From positions 127,144-191,143 of the forward strand of contig JAFGCI010000006.1 in the NCBI GenBank assembly GCA_016932735.1: 64,000 nucleotides of DNA, given 5' to 3'. The translations under genes were made by a program, and so were the position numbers. The DNA comes from Candidatus Aenigmatarchaeota archaeon. Its GTDB lineage: Archaea; Aenigmatarchaeota; Aenigmatarchaeia; QMZP01; QMZT01. Positions within the stretch are counted from its first letter, which is position 1. Every line of letters starts with the position of its first letter. Of this stretch, positions 54,312 through 64,000 are shown one piece after another. Under the pieces are notes generated by a model. The model had not been told where the DNA came from. It searched no databases and saw only the letters and a list, made by a program, of their open reading frames with translations.

Positions 54312-54951
54312 CATCCCCGTCATTATTGTATCCCCGGGATTCCCAGTAACCCTTGTATTCGGGGTCATTTCCAAGCTCAATTTTTGTGACCCATTTTATC
54401 CATTTGTATCCCCATTTATCCTCAGCCACAAGCTGGAAAGGATATCCTCTTTCCGGAGGAAGGGTCACATTGTTCATCCTGTATGCGAGCATTATATCAT
54501 TGTCAAGTATATAATCCAGAGGCAATGATGTCGTATAGCCATCATATGCATGGAATATCACGGTATTCGCTTCACTTGTCGGAAAGGCTTCATACAGCAA
54601 ATCTTTGACAAGAACTCCTTCCCAGAATATCGTTGCGGACCATCCCTCAACACAATACAGGGTTGTTACCTTAGAATATTTCTGCCTGTTAAGGACTTCA
54701 CCATAAGTCAGGCTTTGTGGATTACCGACAAGACCTGTTATTTCCAGCTTATAATTTTCTATCGGGACATGCTGAGGCCCTTCAATTGAATTCTCCATAA
54801 AATCATTGACTGATGAAAGCTTCTGGCCCTGGTATTCATTTATCTCGACTCCGTCAAGCTGTATCGGCTGGTTTACGCAGCCTGAGACCGCAATAAGGCA
54901 CATGACAAAAATAACGATAACGACTTTCTCTTTCATTATGAGAAATTCCAT
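54289..54951 (-). CDS. Molybdopterin-dependent oxidoreductase (sulfite oxidase/MsrP-like) with lipoprotein-like signal
   Basis: L.I.GLV, CVEGWS, DGYTTSLP, L.P.RGYP..L, KWGYKWIKW, GYWE.RGY. Confidence 0.88.
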   Translation of the reverse strand: MEFLIMKEKVVIVIFVMCLIAVSGCVNQPIQLDGVEINEYQGQKLSSVNDFMENSIEGPQHVPIENYKLEITGLVGNPQSLTYGEVLNRQKYSKVTTLYCVEGWSATIFWEGVLVKDLLYEAFPTSEANTVIFHAYDGYTTSLPLDYILDNDIMLAYRMNNVTLPPERGYPFQLVAEDKWGYKWIKWVTKIELGNDPEYKGYWESRGYNNDGDVNGPIFE

Positions 54952-55001
54952 TCTGGGACTAATATAAGATTAGGTATCTCTTTGGACATCTCATAGAAAT
55001 G

Positions 55002-55074
55002 CAATTAACCGAACAAAAACCTCAATAAACCCTCAAAATCTGAGGGTTTATCGAACAAAATGTTCGGTTAATTG
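55002..55074. repeat. 73-nt nested inverted-repeat element (MITE/REP-like or structured RNA)
   Basis: Outer 14-bp arms CAATTAACCGAACA/TGTTCGGTTAATTG, inner 11-bp arms ATAAACCCTCA/TGAGGGTTTAT, CGAACAAAA present twice. Confidence 0.75.
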
Positions 55075-55082
55075 GTGTTAAA

Positions 55083-56003
55083 CTACCCACTCATTATATC
55101 CTCAAGCTCTCTCAGGTTCCTGCACAATGTTATTTGCTGTCTCATTTCGGCTCCGCCGCGAATGCCTTTGGTAAGCCACAGTGCATGGTTCTTAATCACG
55201 TCAAAAACGACATCAAACTTCCTTGTTATTTCAAGATATTCAAAGAATTGTTCTATGCCGTTCTTTTTTTCATAGCTTCCTGTTTTAATGTAATCTTCAA
55301 TCTGCCTGAATATGTATGGGTTGGACAATGTTGCTCTTCCTATCATTATCGCATCAACGCCGCTTTCCTCGAGCCTTTGTTCAAAGATTTCAGGAGATGT
55401 TATGTCTCCGTTTCCAATGACAGGTATATTGACAGATTCCTTTAATTTTTTCACGATGCCCCAGTCGGCTTCACCTGAATAATCCTGCTTCTGAGTCCTT
55501 CCGTGTATTGTTATTGCAGAGGCGCCCGCATCTTCTGCAATCTTTGCGACTTCGAGAGCATTAATGTGCTTTTCGTCGATTCCCTTCCTTATCTTGATTG
55601 TGACCGGCTTATTGACGACGGAGGCTGTCTTATTTACTATCTTTCCTATCTTCTGCGGATCCTTCATCAGTTCGCTACCAGCTCCGACTTTTACGACCTT
55701 TTGTGCAGGGCATCCGCAGTTGATATCAATGACATCAAACATGTTCTGTAGCATCTCCGCGGCTCCCACTATCTCCTCCACTTCATGGCCGAATATCTGG
55801 ACTCCTATAACATCCTCTTCTTTTGAGGTCTGTATCAGCCTGAGCGTCTTTTCATTCTCATGCATCAGGCCGGCGCTGCTGACAAATTCCGTATATGTCA
55901 TCGCGGCCCCGTATCTCTTTGCAAGGACCCTGAAAGAGACGTCTGTGACTCCGGCCATGGGAGCAAGTATTGCCTTTCCTTTAAGTTTAGGAAATTTTTT
56001 CAT
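55083..56003 (-). CDS. dusB: tRNA-dihydrouridine synthase (DusB-like)
   Basis: LAPMAGVTD, QIFG, IDINCGCP, G.GSELM, KIR.G, HGRT, GNGDI, MIGR. Confidence 0.92.
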   Translation of the reverse strand: MKKFPKLKGKAILAPMAGVTDVSFRVLAKRYGAAMTYTEFVSSAGLMHENEKTLRLIQTSKEEDVIGVQIFGHEVEEIVGAAEMLQNMFDVIDINCGCPAQKVVKVGAGSELMKDPQKIGKIVNKTASVVNKPVTIKIRKGIDEKHINALEVAKIAEDAGASAITIHGRTQKQDYSGEADWGIVKKLKESVNIPVIGNGDITSPEIFEQRLEESGVDAIMIGRATLSNPYIFRQIEDYIKTGSYEKKNGIEQFFEYLEITRKFDVVFDVIKNHALWLTKGIRGGAEMRQQITLCRNLRELEDIMSG

Positions 56004-56063
56004 AGAAATAAGAATATAACCATGATTAATAAATCATGAATTGTCCAGCCTCTAAATTAAAAA

Positions 56064-57644
56064 TTAAAAAACGGGTTTGTGTGTATCCCCGATTCGTCTT
56101 TTCTTTACAACGAAAATTATAACTACTATTATGATTATGACGATGATTATTACAGTAACCCATGTTAAATCTATTGTCGGCATTGAAGTTTGTTCTGACC
56201 CGCCGACAGGCTGTTCCCCTGATGCCGGATTGCATTCGAGCGTCGCGCTGTTGCAGCCATTGGAACAATCCTGCAATTTTATCCATGCCGTTCCCGCGCC
56301 ATTGCATTGTTCCAGAACATCATCGCTGCATCTCTTCAGTCCTGGGTTGCAGCCACCGTCTGCTAAAGTTTCACCTTGATAATTTAATCCGTAAACTTCA
56401 AGGAAAGTTTCATCAATTACACTCTCGTTTTTTTCTTCGTTGATATCATATGTTACCGTAAGTTCCTGTCCCGGAATTACTGTTGGGTAAATAAATGCGA
56501 ACTCTGGGTCCGCTTTTACTATTCTAACGGTTGCTCCGGGGGCAGATATCATTATATTCGCAGCGTTTTCCGCAAACGATTTCGGTAATATGTCATACAG
56601 GACCAGATTTTCAACCGTTTTCTGTCCATTGTATGTTACATGCAGTTTCATTGTGCTTTTGCCGTTCTGTGCTCTGAAGTTTCTCGAAAGAACAATATTA
56701 TCTTTTATTTCGTCAGATATCTGTTTAAGGGATGCTTTCATGATGTCGCTGAGTTTTCCCAGAATCTCTTCTAAAGATGTTATGAATCCTTCCCTATTCG
56801 CTAAATTGGATTCAAATTTCAGTTCATACATCTTCGTTATACTGCCGTCATCTTCTGTTGTTTCATTAGTAACGTTTTGTGTCGGTGATGGCGCTCCGCC
56901 TCCCGGGCCACTCGTTGGTGTTCCGCCGGGAGTTCCCGGACTGCTGACTGTAAAGGAGATCGTATCTGTCTGTGTATCAGCGTTAGATGCGGATGTCTGG
57001 ATTGTTATCGAATTGCTTCCGGCGGTCATTGTCCCGAAGGAAACGACCCATGAAATTCCCCAGCTTTCACCGGAGCCGCCTGCTCCGCCGCTTAGTGTGG
57101 ATTTGGTCTGTGTAACAGAGCCGGAAGATAGTGTAACGCCGGTTGGCAGGGATATTGTTGCCGATACGTCATTTGCAGTTGTTTCCCCCCAGTTCTGGGT
57201 TGTCAGCTGGATAGTCTTCGAACCAGTTGGATCGATTGAAGGTATGCTATGCGATAAAGATGTTACCAATGAAGGAGACAATTTAACTGTGAACGAATTG
57301 GAATCTGCTGTAGATGGTGAACCCAAAGTCTCTATGCTTGCTGTTATTATCTGGGCGGATTCGTATAGCTGGTTTATTGATGCAGTTGTCCATGTTACAG
57401 ATGTGGTTCCATCGCTGAATGACTTTGAATATTCCCCATCGACTGAGAATCCTGAAGGATAGTTTGTAAGGCTGACAGTTCCTGAGCCGGAGAGTCCTGA
57501 AACGGATATTGTAAACGCCACGCCTTTCATAACGCTTCCGCTGTCCGCGCCTGCCTGCGAGACCGTCACTGTCGCCGCGCTTGCAGGAGACGCCATAAAC
57601 AAGGCGACCATTAAAAATCCCAAGACAAAGTATTTGCATTTCAT
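56064..57644 (-). CDS. Cell-surface protein: signal peptide, Ig-like domains, Pro/Gly linker, Cys-rich module, C-terminal TM anchor
   Basis: N.G...A.DV.ATI.LP.G Ig-like motif; CNPGLKRC....EQC....W....C..GC; C-terminal hydrophobic helix plus KKRR. Confidence 0.82.
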   Translation of the reverse strand: MKCKYFVLGFLMVALFMASPASAATVTVSQAGADSGSVMKGVAFTISVSGLSGSGTVSLTNYPSGFSVDGEYSKSFSDGTTSVTWTTASINQLYESAQIITASIETLGSPSTADSNSFTVKLSPSLVTSLSHSIPSIDPTGSKTIQLTTQNWGETTANDVSATISLPTGVTLSSGSVTQTKSTLSGGAGGSGESWGISWVVSFGTMTAGSNSITIQTSASNADTQTDTISFTVSSPGTPGGTPTSGPGGGAPSPTQNVTNETTEDDGSITKMYELKFESNLANREGFITSLEEILGKLSDIMKASLKQISDEIKDNIVLSRNFRAQNGKSTMKLHVTYNGQKTVENLVLYDILPKSFAENAANIMISAPGATVRIVKADPEFAFIYPTVIPGQELTVTYDINEEKNESVIDETFLEVYGLNYQGETLADGGCNPGLKRCSDDVLEQCNGAGTAWIKLQDCSNGCNSATLECNPASGEQPVGGSEQTSMPTIDLTWVTVIIIVIIIIVVIIFVVKKRRIGDTHKPVF

Positions 57645-57657
57645 ATAATCACCCCGT

Positions 57658-60600
57658 TTATTGTCCTCCTTCCTGTCCTATACGGAACCATGCATCCGTC
57701 CTTTCTGTCGAATACGTCCCGTTAACAGCAAATGATGCAATGTAGTCGCCTTCAGACCATGTGCCTGTCAGCGGGTATATCTTGAATATGGCATATCCAT
57801 CGCTGTTTGTCATATTGAGTATTTCCTCAACGTTATAATGCACCCCTTTCACGTATTCCTGCGCTCCCATGAAGCTCATCCTCATAAGACTGTCAAGAGA
57901 TACATTTGCTCCTGAAAGGGCTGTCTGGTTGAAATTATACGCCCTGAGGATGAAAGTGACATTATCCGTTATATTCAGGTTCCACCTGTTCTTCTTCAGA
58001 AGCATTGAATCGCCGCTTGAATACTTCTCGATTTCCCATCTCGGCTGGTATTCCCACGAGACGTTATCGATATCCGCGCCGAATCTCAGGTCGCCTTTCC
58101 ATATTCCCGTTGGAAGGTTCCCCTGGTTTTCATAAATTCCCGACTCGTTATCGTAGAAGTCATAGTAGACCTTATCCTCCTCGTTCTGTGCCATGTTGTT
58201 CCACCATTCTTCCGTTATGTTAAGGTCGTCGTCGAGAAGGAAATTTGTGAGGACGGTCTCACCATCGTCTTCCTGATCATATGTAACTATATAGAACGTT
58301 TCATTCAGTTCTCCATCTACGTTAAGGTCTAAATCCATTGCATATTCATCAATGACGCCGAAATAGCTTGATGTTGCATCGTTCATTGCAAGCCTTGCAT
58401 CAATTCCGGGGTACATGGGAAGTCCGAGTCCCACAAGGTTTGTGAAATTACCAACCACAACTCCTTCCCAAAGCCCAGGACCGACTCTTGCAAGATATAA
58501 ATCGTTGGTGAAATTCTCACCGATTATCACAGGTGTAATGCCGGTGAAATTTCCGTTAGATGTAAACATTGCTTTCTCTGAATACTCGTTCATATTCCAG
58601 TTTTCCGCCTGCGGATATGGAAGGCTGTCATCGCTTCCTATGACAATGTCGTATAATGTTCCGAAGATGCTCACATTGTGAAGGAAGCCCCACTCATAAG
58701 GCCATTCCATCTGCTGACTATCGTTCCTGAGCGGGCTTAATGTCGCTTCATCGATTCCGGGGAGGCCGAAATCTATCCTCCAGCAGGGTCCTCCGCAGTT
58801 CGTAAGATGATAGACGCTTGCATCAAGTATCTTTACTGTATAATTGCCATTTTCCATCGACAGGGTTATGCCATCTCCTAAACTGAAAGTTGTCTCGGCT
58901 CCTGTGAAATTGCAGCTAGTATCGTTCCTGTAAATATCTCCGCTTTCGTTGTTGAAGATGAAATATTCATCAGTTCCACCGGAACTTCTTCTCATTATGC
59001 TGCAGTTTATTCCCCAAGAGGCACCACATAAAGCCGGCGGAACGCACTGCGAGTAATCGAAAGTCTGAGCGTCAGTAAGAACGCCGTTTATTACATTGCT
59101 CGCATTCCTCGCATCCTGCCTCAGCCTTCTTTCAATCTTCGAGTTGGACCAGTCGTATCTGGCCAGAGGAAACTCATAAAAGTCTGTCACATATCCTCCG
59201 AAACCCTGTTGCGTCTGGACAAGGAATGATCTCATTGTAGCTCTTGGCCATCTCCATTCTTCAAGCTTTTCAATCGTCGCGTCTTTCTGTGCTTTAAGTT
59301 CGAATACATATTCTCCTGTTCCGAATCCAAAACCGCTTATATTCTGTATAAGTAATTCGCCTATACCTGATATAGTCGCATTTGGTATGGAACCAGTTAA
59401 CGTGTGGAATACATTCTGGCCTGAAGACTTGACTCTTATGTGCTCTACGGAGATGTTGGCTTCTGTGAGGGCCCCTGAAGGCTCGGTCACGAATACGGGT
59501 ATTCTTATGTTACCATTTATGTTGTAATCCCCGAGGTCTGACCATTCACCTGACGTGTTTGCATAGCATATCACTCTCTCAGCGCCTGCTGATATGCCCA
59601 GAAGCCAAAGGCTGTCATTGTTGCCGAAGTTCCTTTCTCCCCAACTCCCTGAAACACTCATAGGTATTGTGAAGTTGTCTGTTGTGGAGAAGAACATTGT
59701 ATCATATACCCCCGAAGACTGGCTGTCGGAGATGGCTACATAGAAGGAGCCGTTCGTATAGCTGTCGCCGTCCATGTCGAGGCCGCTCTTTGAGCCCTGG
59801 TTCTTGTTAAATCCTCCCAGATATTCTTCCCTCATCTTTTCGAACTTGAATGTTCCGCTCTTTGATAAGGAAGTATTCACATATATACCAGTCTCAGCGA
59901 GCACATTTAATCCTTTGAGTGTGACCTTGTTGTTTTTTATCGCCTTGATAAGCCACTGACCTCCATATGGGTCGGTCATTGTTTCCCCTACAGTATAGCC
60001 TGTTACCGTCGTAAGGTTAGTCGTATTCCACATCCACACACTGCTAGTGTTATGGAAGATATAGACGGGCCTGCTCACATTGAATAGCGGACCCAGCCAG
60101 TTAGCATACTGTGTCTGCCTAAGGCTGCTGACTTTTCCGAAGTAGACATTGGTCGATGAAACGGGAGCCACTATCTGGATGTTTTCATCGCCGTACTCGC
60201 TCCATGCACGTCCGCATACATATCCTTGCGCGCTGCTCAGTTCAACGATACAGTTGCCGCTCCCGCACGATATGGAATCTATTGACCAGTTCTTATCGGA
60301 AAGGTTAAGGATGGTATCATTCTCATAATATGGCATTGAGCCAACCGTAGAGTTGGTGGTGTTGAACCAAAGAGCAGTATCATTGACAATTAAGTATAAG
60401 TCTTCTGCCTGCATCTGGCTGCATAACTGACCTGGCGAAGCCATGTTCCACTGGCCCTGCGGGCTTACGCAGTAATGGCCTCCGTACATTTGCCCGTATC
60501 TTCCTGCAACTGTTATGTTAGTCATTCCACCGTCGAATACCAGCATGTAGTATGAAGTGTTCTGAAGCATTCTGAACCTGCTTGGCTCAGGCCCTCCCTG

Positions 60601-63600
60601 GCTCATTCCCACATCAACAATTATCCATGTGGCGCCGTCGCCTGTCGTGAATGAATCGCCTTCAGTGAGAGGCGCCCCATTCAGGATGTTAGTTGTGTTT
60701 GCCCAGATGTGGGTAGTGTTTGAAACAAAATACCATTGCTCCCAGCCGGCTCCCGACTGGACAGAATCCCATCCGCCGCTATCCATCCATCCTCCGGTTG
60801 TAAGGTTGTATGCACTTGTCACAAGTTTGTTTGTCAAATATCTTTGCGAAACAGCGATGTCAAGATTCCTGTCCTGCCTTCTGACAAGCAATGTATCATT
60901 TATTACCGTATCGTTGTTGAAGTCCAGAACAGTTGTTATCTGCCAGTTTCTGAACCCTATGTCGACTGTATCTCCAGTTATATTTGGCACTATACCACTC
61001 ATGTCAATTAAGTAGTTAGACTGGCCTGTCGAATTTACCCATAAGTCCGTCCCGTTTGTTGCCGCAAATATCGGCGTACCCGAATTTGCTAAACAATCAG
61101 ACGGATCGCTTACATACTGGGTTATGAATGAGCCGTTGGGAAGAACGCATGCATATCCTCCGAAAAGATTTCCAGTCACAGATGAACCGAATGACATGTT
61201 AAGGCTGCCGCCATAAAGGCACACGACTGTATCATCTGCCGGACATTCCGAAATAGAGTGATTTATTGAGAATGAAGACTCGTCTCCAAGGTTATAATCC
61301 GGCATCTGGGTATTGTCGTTAGATGGCTGTAAATTGTTTGCACACTGGTCTCTGTCATTATCAATGTTTATTTCTTTTGTCCATGTATCAGTTGAGCCGA
61401 CATACATTTCCTGCAGTGCGGCAATTGAAACAACAAGACCTCTGGTTTCGAACTCTATCATTTCTTCCTTTGAGACGCCGTTCTCATCAACGATGCGGAA
61501 TTCGGCCATGTATTTGCCGCCCTGCTGAAGCGATGACAAATCAGCATCAACAGTGCATAGGTTCTCGTTGCAGTTTGTCGTAGAGTTCAGCTTTCTTGGC
61601 GAATCTGTTTTCATTTCGAATATGTATCTTAGTTTAGTTGAATTGGTGATATTGTGAGGATTGTCATCAAAGTCTGTCGCCGTGAAATTTACTGTAAGGT
61701 TTTCAGTGTTGCTAAAGACTACGGGCCATTCTTCCATACCCCTGTATGTCATATCCAGTTTGTACGTAGACATGTCAAACCATAATGAGCCTATGTCTGT
61801 TCCGAGGTTTGTATAAACCTTAGTATTTGCCTGACAATAGCCGTTCACGCTTTGAATTCCTGTTATATTTATTACATAAGCCTCGTATGTTTCAGCTCCC
61901 CACTCCTCAACAAAAGTCACATTAACCAGACTCGTTGAATAGTCGAAATCGAGTGATGCGGGCGGCTGTGATATCATCCAGTTTATATTCTGGACTTCCG
62001 GTGCCTGAGTTTGGGAAAGCATATTCCAGTTTGATGGGTTTCTCGGGATGACTGTGAACAATATATCTGAGCCGCTCTCGAATGTGGTGGCCCCGCCTCC
62101 TTCACCGCCTCTTGAGGCAGTGTAGTTTTCGCCATCAAAATCAACGGCAATTGTATCGACCCAGAAATTCCTTATCTCGAAACCGCCCCATCCGAAATAT
62201 GTATCCCCTGTCTGTGTATCGTTGACAACAATATCGACTCCATACCAGCCTGTAGGAAGGCCATTCGGTCCAGGAGATATCCCGACAGTCGCGGATGAAT
62301 TGACAACATAACCCTGTGCTACATTATAATCTCCCGAAGGTATCTCCTTGAAAAGCTGGTCGTTGAAAAGCTTATCGATGCTGACGGTTAGTCCCGTGCA
62401 GTCAGTGCATGTAAGTAGACTTGAGCCACCGTCCTTTCCCATCGAATCAAGTATGCTTCCTTTGTCTATATCGACTATACTGACTCTAAGTGTTATGTTA
62501 TCGTCGGTTCCGAAAATGCAGAATCCTCCCATCTGACATTGCGGCTCCGCCCATATCATGTACTTCTTAAGCATGAAAGCGGCTTTGCCTATGCCTTCCT
62601 GCGGTGTGGTATTAACAATAGCTTTGAATTTGAATTTGAGTGAGAAAAATCCTTCTGAATTTGGTGATGTGAAAATAAGTGTTCCATTCTCAATGCTTTC
62701 ATTCATCACAGCTCTGTAAGAGTCTGTAAAGACGTCCTCGAATGTCGGGAATTCCCTTACTATGCCTATGATTTTTGCATCCGTGATGTTTGCAGCCGGG
62801 ATCTCTTCCCTTGTGGCCAGATCCTGTATCTTCAGCTTTATTCTCAATGTGGAATTGGGTGCATAGAACCAGAAGTTGTCCCCGTTAAAGTCTACCGATT
62901 CGCCCTTTGCAATAAGGCTCTGGACTCCAAAAATTGCCGCACCCTTTACAAGAGAGCCGCTGTTATTTACCTGTATGCTTGCCTTGTAATTGGCTGTTTT
63001 ATCTGGAGCCTCAAACATCACAACACACTGGGTCATCATGTTCTGAGGAGGTCCTTCGTCCTCCGGTGGAAGGGGATTTAATGCAAGAGCGTTTGTAAGG
63101 TTCATTATAGTCGCATTGACGGAGTACAATTTTCCTGTATCATCCCTGACCTCAAGAAGCCTTACAAGAGATGGGCATTCATCGGCGAATGTGGATGAAT
63201 TATCAATATCTATCAGCGACATACCTTCCGGCCCCGTTGCCTGCATGCCTCCCCCGGACACGTTTGCGAGCAGTGTGATCAGTGTCACGTTCGTATTCGG
63301 AGCGAATGCGCTGACCATACCAGCCCCGCTGTCTGCCTGATCTATGAAGTCCATGTTAACTGCCATCACTTCCATTTGCACTGCCCTTATCTCGAATCCG
63401 ATCATGAAATACTGGGTATCTCCGCTATACGTTCCTGAAACATCGACTCCGTAGAAGCCTTCAGATGCTCCGTTCATGTCGAGCTCTTTTGAATATATGC
63501 CGTCAGATTCGTATGAGAGGGAGAATGTTGTGGTGCTTCCGTTAGGATATTTCAGAACAAAAGATGATGATGTCAGATTGACAAGGGTGCCATCAGCGAG

Positions 63601-63987
63601 TTTCGAGACCGCCGTTATCTTCACTTTGGGATTTGGTGCGAAAACAAATGCCGGATTGCCTGACAAATCTGTTACCTTGCCTTTCAGCTTGAAAGATTCC
63701 ACCATAAAGAATTCCACACCGAGGCTGTCGTTGACGCTTATCTTATATTCGCCCGTAGTACTCGGGGCGGTGAAATTGGATTTATACTTCCCGTATCCGT
63801 CTGTGGTTCCGGAATCGCTCGAATGGACCGTACCCGCCGAATCCTTTAATTCGAGAGAAATATCAATGCCGGGTATCATCTCCCCGTTGTCATCTCTTGC
63901 GACAACTACGAAATGCACATCAGACCCCACAGAATATGCATTTGTTGTGACTGGCTCAACGAGCACTATCAGATTGCCCGAGTTCAT
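57658..63987 (-). CDS. Giant (at least 2109 aa) secreted surface glycoprotein with repeated MG2/Ig-like domains, probably 5'-truncated
   Basis: Frame stays open to the window edge (GGC CAC ATA GAT ATG); repeated Y/F.PG..V.I.V modules; abundant N-x-S/T; no C-terminal TM. Confidence 0.85.
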   Translation of the reverse strand: MNSGNLIVLVEPVTTNAYSVGSDVHFVVVARDDNGEMIPGIDISLELKDSAGTVHSSDSGTTDGYGKYKSNFTAPSTTGEYKISVNDSLGVEFFMVESFKLKGKVTDLSGNPAFVFAPNPKVKITAVSKLADGTLVNLTSSSFVLKYPNGSTTTFSLSYESDGIYSKELDMNGASEGFYGVDVSGTYSGDTQYFMIGFEIRAVQMEVMAVNMDFIDQADSGAGMVSAFAPNTNVTLITLLANVSGGGMQATGPEGMSLIDIDNSSTFADECPSLVRLLEVRDDTGKLYSVNATIMNLTNALALNPLPPEDEGPPQNMMTQCVVMFEAPDKTANYKASIQVNNSGSLVKGAAIFGVQSLIAKGESVDFNGDNFWFYAPNSTLRIKLKIQDLATREEIPAANITDAKIIGIVREFPTFEDVFTDSYRAVMNESIENGTLIFTSPNSEGFFSLKFKFKAIVNTTPQEGIGKAAFMLKKYMIWAEPQCQMGGFCIFGTDDNITLRVSIVDIDKGSILDSMGKDGGSSLLTCTDCTGLTVSIDKLFNDQLFKEIPSGDYNVAQGYVVNSSATVGISPGPNGLPTGWYGVDIVVNDTQTGDTYFGWGGFEIRNFWVDTIAVDFDGENYTASRGGEGGGATTFESGSDILFTVIPRNPSNWNMLSQTQAPEVQNINWMISQPPASLDFDYSTSLVNVTFVEEWGAETYEAYVINITGIQSVNGYCQANTKVYTNLGTDIGSLWFDMSTYKLDMTYRGMEEWPVVFSNTENLTVNFTATDFDDNPHNITNSTKLRYIFEMKTDSPRKLNSTTNCNENLCTVDADLSSLQQGGKYMAEFRIVDENGVSKEEMIEFETRGLVVSIAALQEMYVGSTDTWTKEINIDNDRDQCANNLQPSNDNTQMPDYNLGDESSFSINHSISECPADDTVVCLYGGSLNMSFGSSVTGNLFGGYACVLPNGSFITQYVSDPSDCLANSGTPIFAATNGTDLWVNSTGQSNYLIDMSGIVPNITGDTVDIGFRNWQITTVLDFNNDTVINDTLLVRRQDRNLDIAVSQRYLTNKLVTSAYNLTTGGWMDSGGWDSVQSGAGWEQWYFVSNTTHIWANTTNILNGAPLTEGDSFTTGDGATWIIVDVGMSQGGPEPSRFRMLQNTSYYMLVFDGGMTNITVAGRYGQMYGGHYCVSPQGQWNMASPGQLCSQMQAEDLYLIVNDTALWFNTTNSTVGSMPYYENDTILNLSDKNWSIDSISCGSGNCIVELSSAQGYVCGRAWSEYGDENIQIVAPVSSTNVYFGKVSSLRQTQYANWLGPLFNVSRPVYIFHNTSSVWMWNTTNLTTVTGYTVGETMTDPYGGQWLIKAIKNNKVTLKGLNVLAETGIYVNTSLSKSGTFKFEKMREEYLGGFNKNQGSKSGLDMDGDSYTNGSFYVAISDSQSSGVYDTMFFSTTDNFTIPMSVSGSWGERNFGNNDSLWLLGISAGAERVICYANTSGEWSDLGDYNINGNIRIPVFVTEPSGALTEANISVEHIRVKSSGQNVFHTLTGSIPNATISGIGELLIQNISGFGFGTGEYVFELKAQKDATIEKLEEWRWPRATMRSFLVQTQQGFGGYVTDFYEFPLARYDWSNSKIERRLRQDARNASNVINGVLTDAQTFDYSQCVPPALCGASWGINCSIMRRSSGGTDEYFIFNNESGDIYRNDTSCNFTGAETTFSLGDGITLSMENGNYTVKILDASVYHLTNCGGPCWRIDFGLPGIDEATLSPLRNDSQQMEWPYEWGFLHNVSIFGTLYDIVIGSDDSLPYPQAENWNMNEYSEKAMFTSNGNFTGITPVIIGENFTNDLYLARVGPGLWEGVVVGNFTNLVGLGLPMYPGIDARLAMNDATSSYFGVIDEYAMDLDLNVDGELNETFYIVTYDQEDDGETVLTNFLLDDDLNITEEWWNNMAQNEEDKVYYDFYDNESGIYENQGNLPTGIWKGDLRFGADIDNVSWEYQPRWEIEKYSSGDSMLLKKNRWNLNITDNVTFILRAYNFNQTALSGANVSLDSLMRMSFMGAQEYVKGVHYNVEEILNMTNSDGYAIFKIYPLTGTWSEGDYIASFAVNGTYSTERTDAWFRIGQEGGQ

Positions 63988-64000
63988 ATCTATGTGGCCT

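Noticed and set aside
1-64000. Recoded stop codons, selenocysteine or pyrrolysine
   Set aside because: All conserved genes read full length in the standard code and use TAA, TAG and TGA as stops.

Overview
Archaeal chromosome fragment read with the standard code. Evidence: archaeal MCM, Kae1, uS5/uL30/uL15/SecY, LeuRS, RNase HII with a PIP box, SepF, A1:U72 initiator tRNA, TATA boxes and GGTGA-type ribosome-binding sites. Gene content and the broken spc operon suggest a DPANN lineage, possibly Aenigmarchaeota-like (inference). It is gene-dense (about 70 CDS), mostly housekeeping, with several bacterial-type enzymes (MetK, DusB, PepF, SufS, ProC), scattered hydrogenase-maturation genes (hypC; hypB-trmO-hypA), small AT-rich accessory patches and a surface-protein locus that runs off the right edge. 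I saw no rRNA, CRISPR array or transposase. Best leads: (1) a tRNA-Thr(GGU) at 11941-12221 (-) interrupted by two long, structured, non-canonical BHB introns (D-loop about 112 nt; T-loop 59/60, 93 nt), directly downstream of an MJ1316/DUF504 putative RNA cyclic-phosphate-end-recognition gene; (2) small hairpin elements that recur inside the tRNA intron and in intergenic DNA (AGATGAAATCT core; a bulged CATTGCAC..GTGCACATG hairpin), a four-hairpin candidate ncRNA beside tRNA-iMet and a 73-nt nested inverted repeat; (3) a compact type IB topoisomerase-like protein with eukaryote-like NHKR motif; (4) an unannotated 43-aa histone-H1-like lysine-repeat protein; (5) a SecY with an extra transmembrane hairpin. 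All family calls are from motif recognition by eye; no database search was run.
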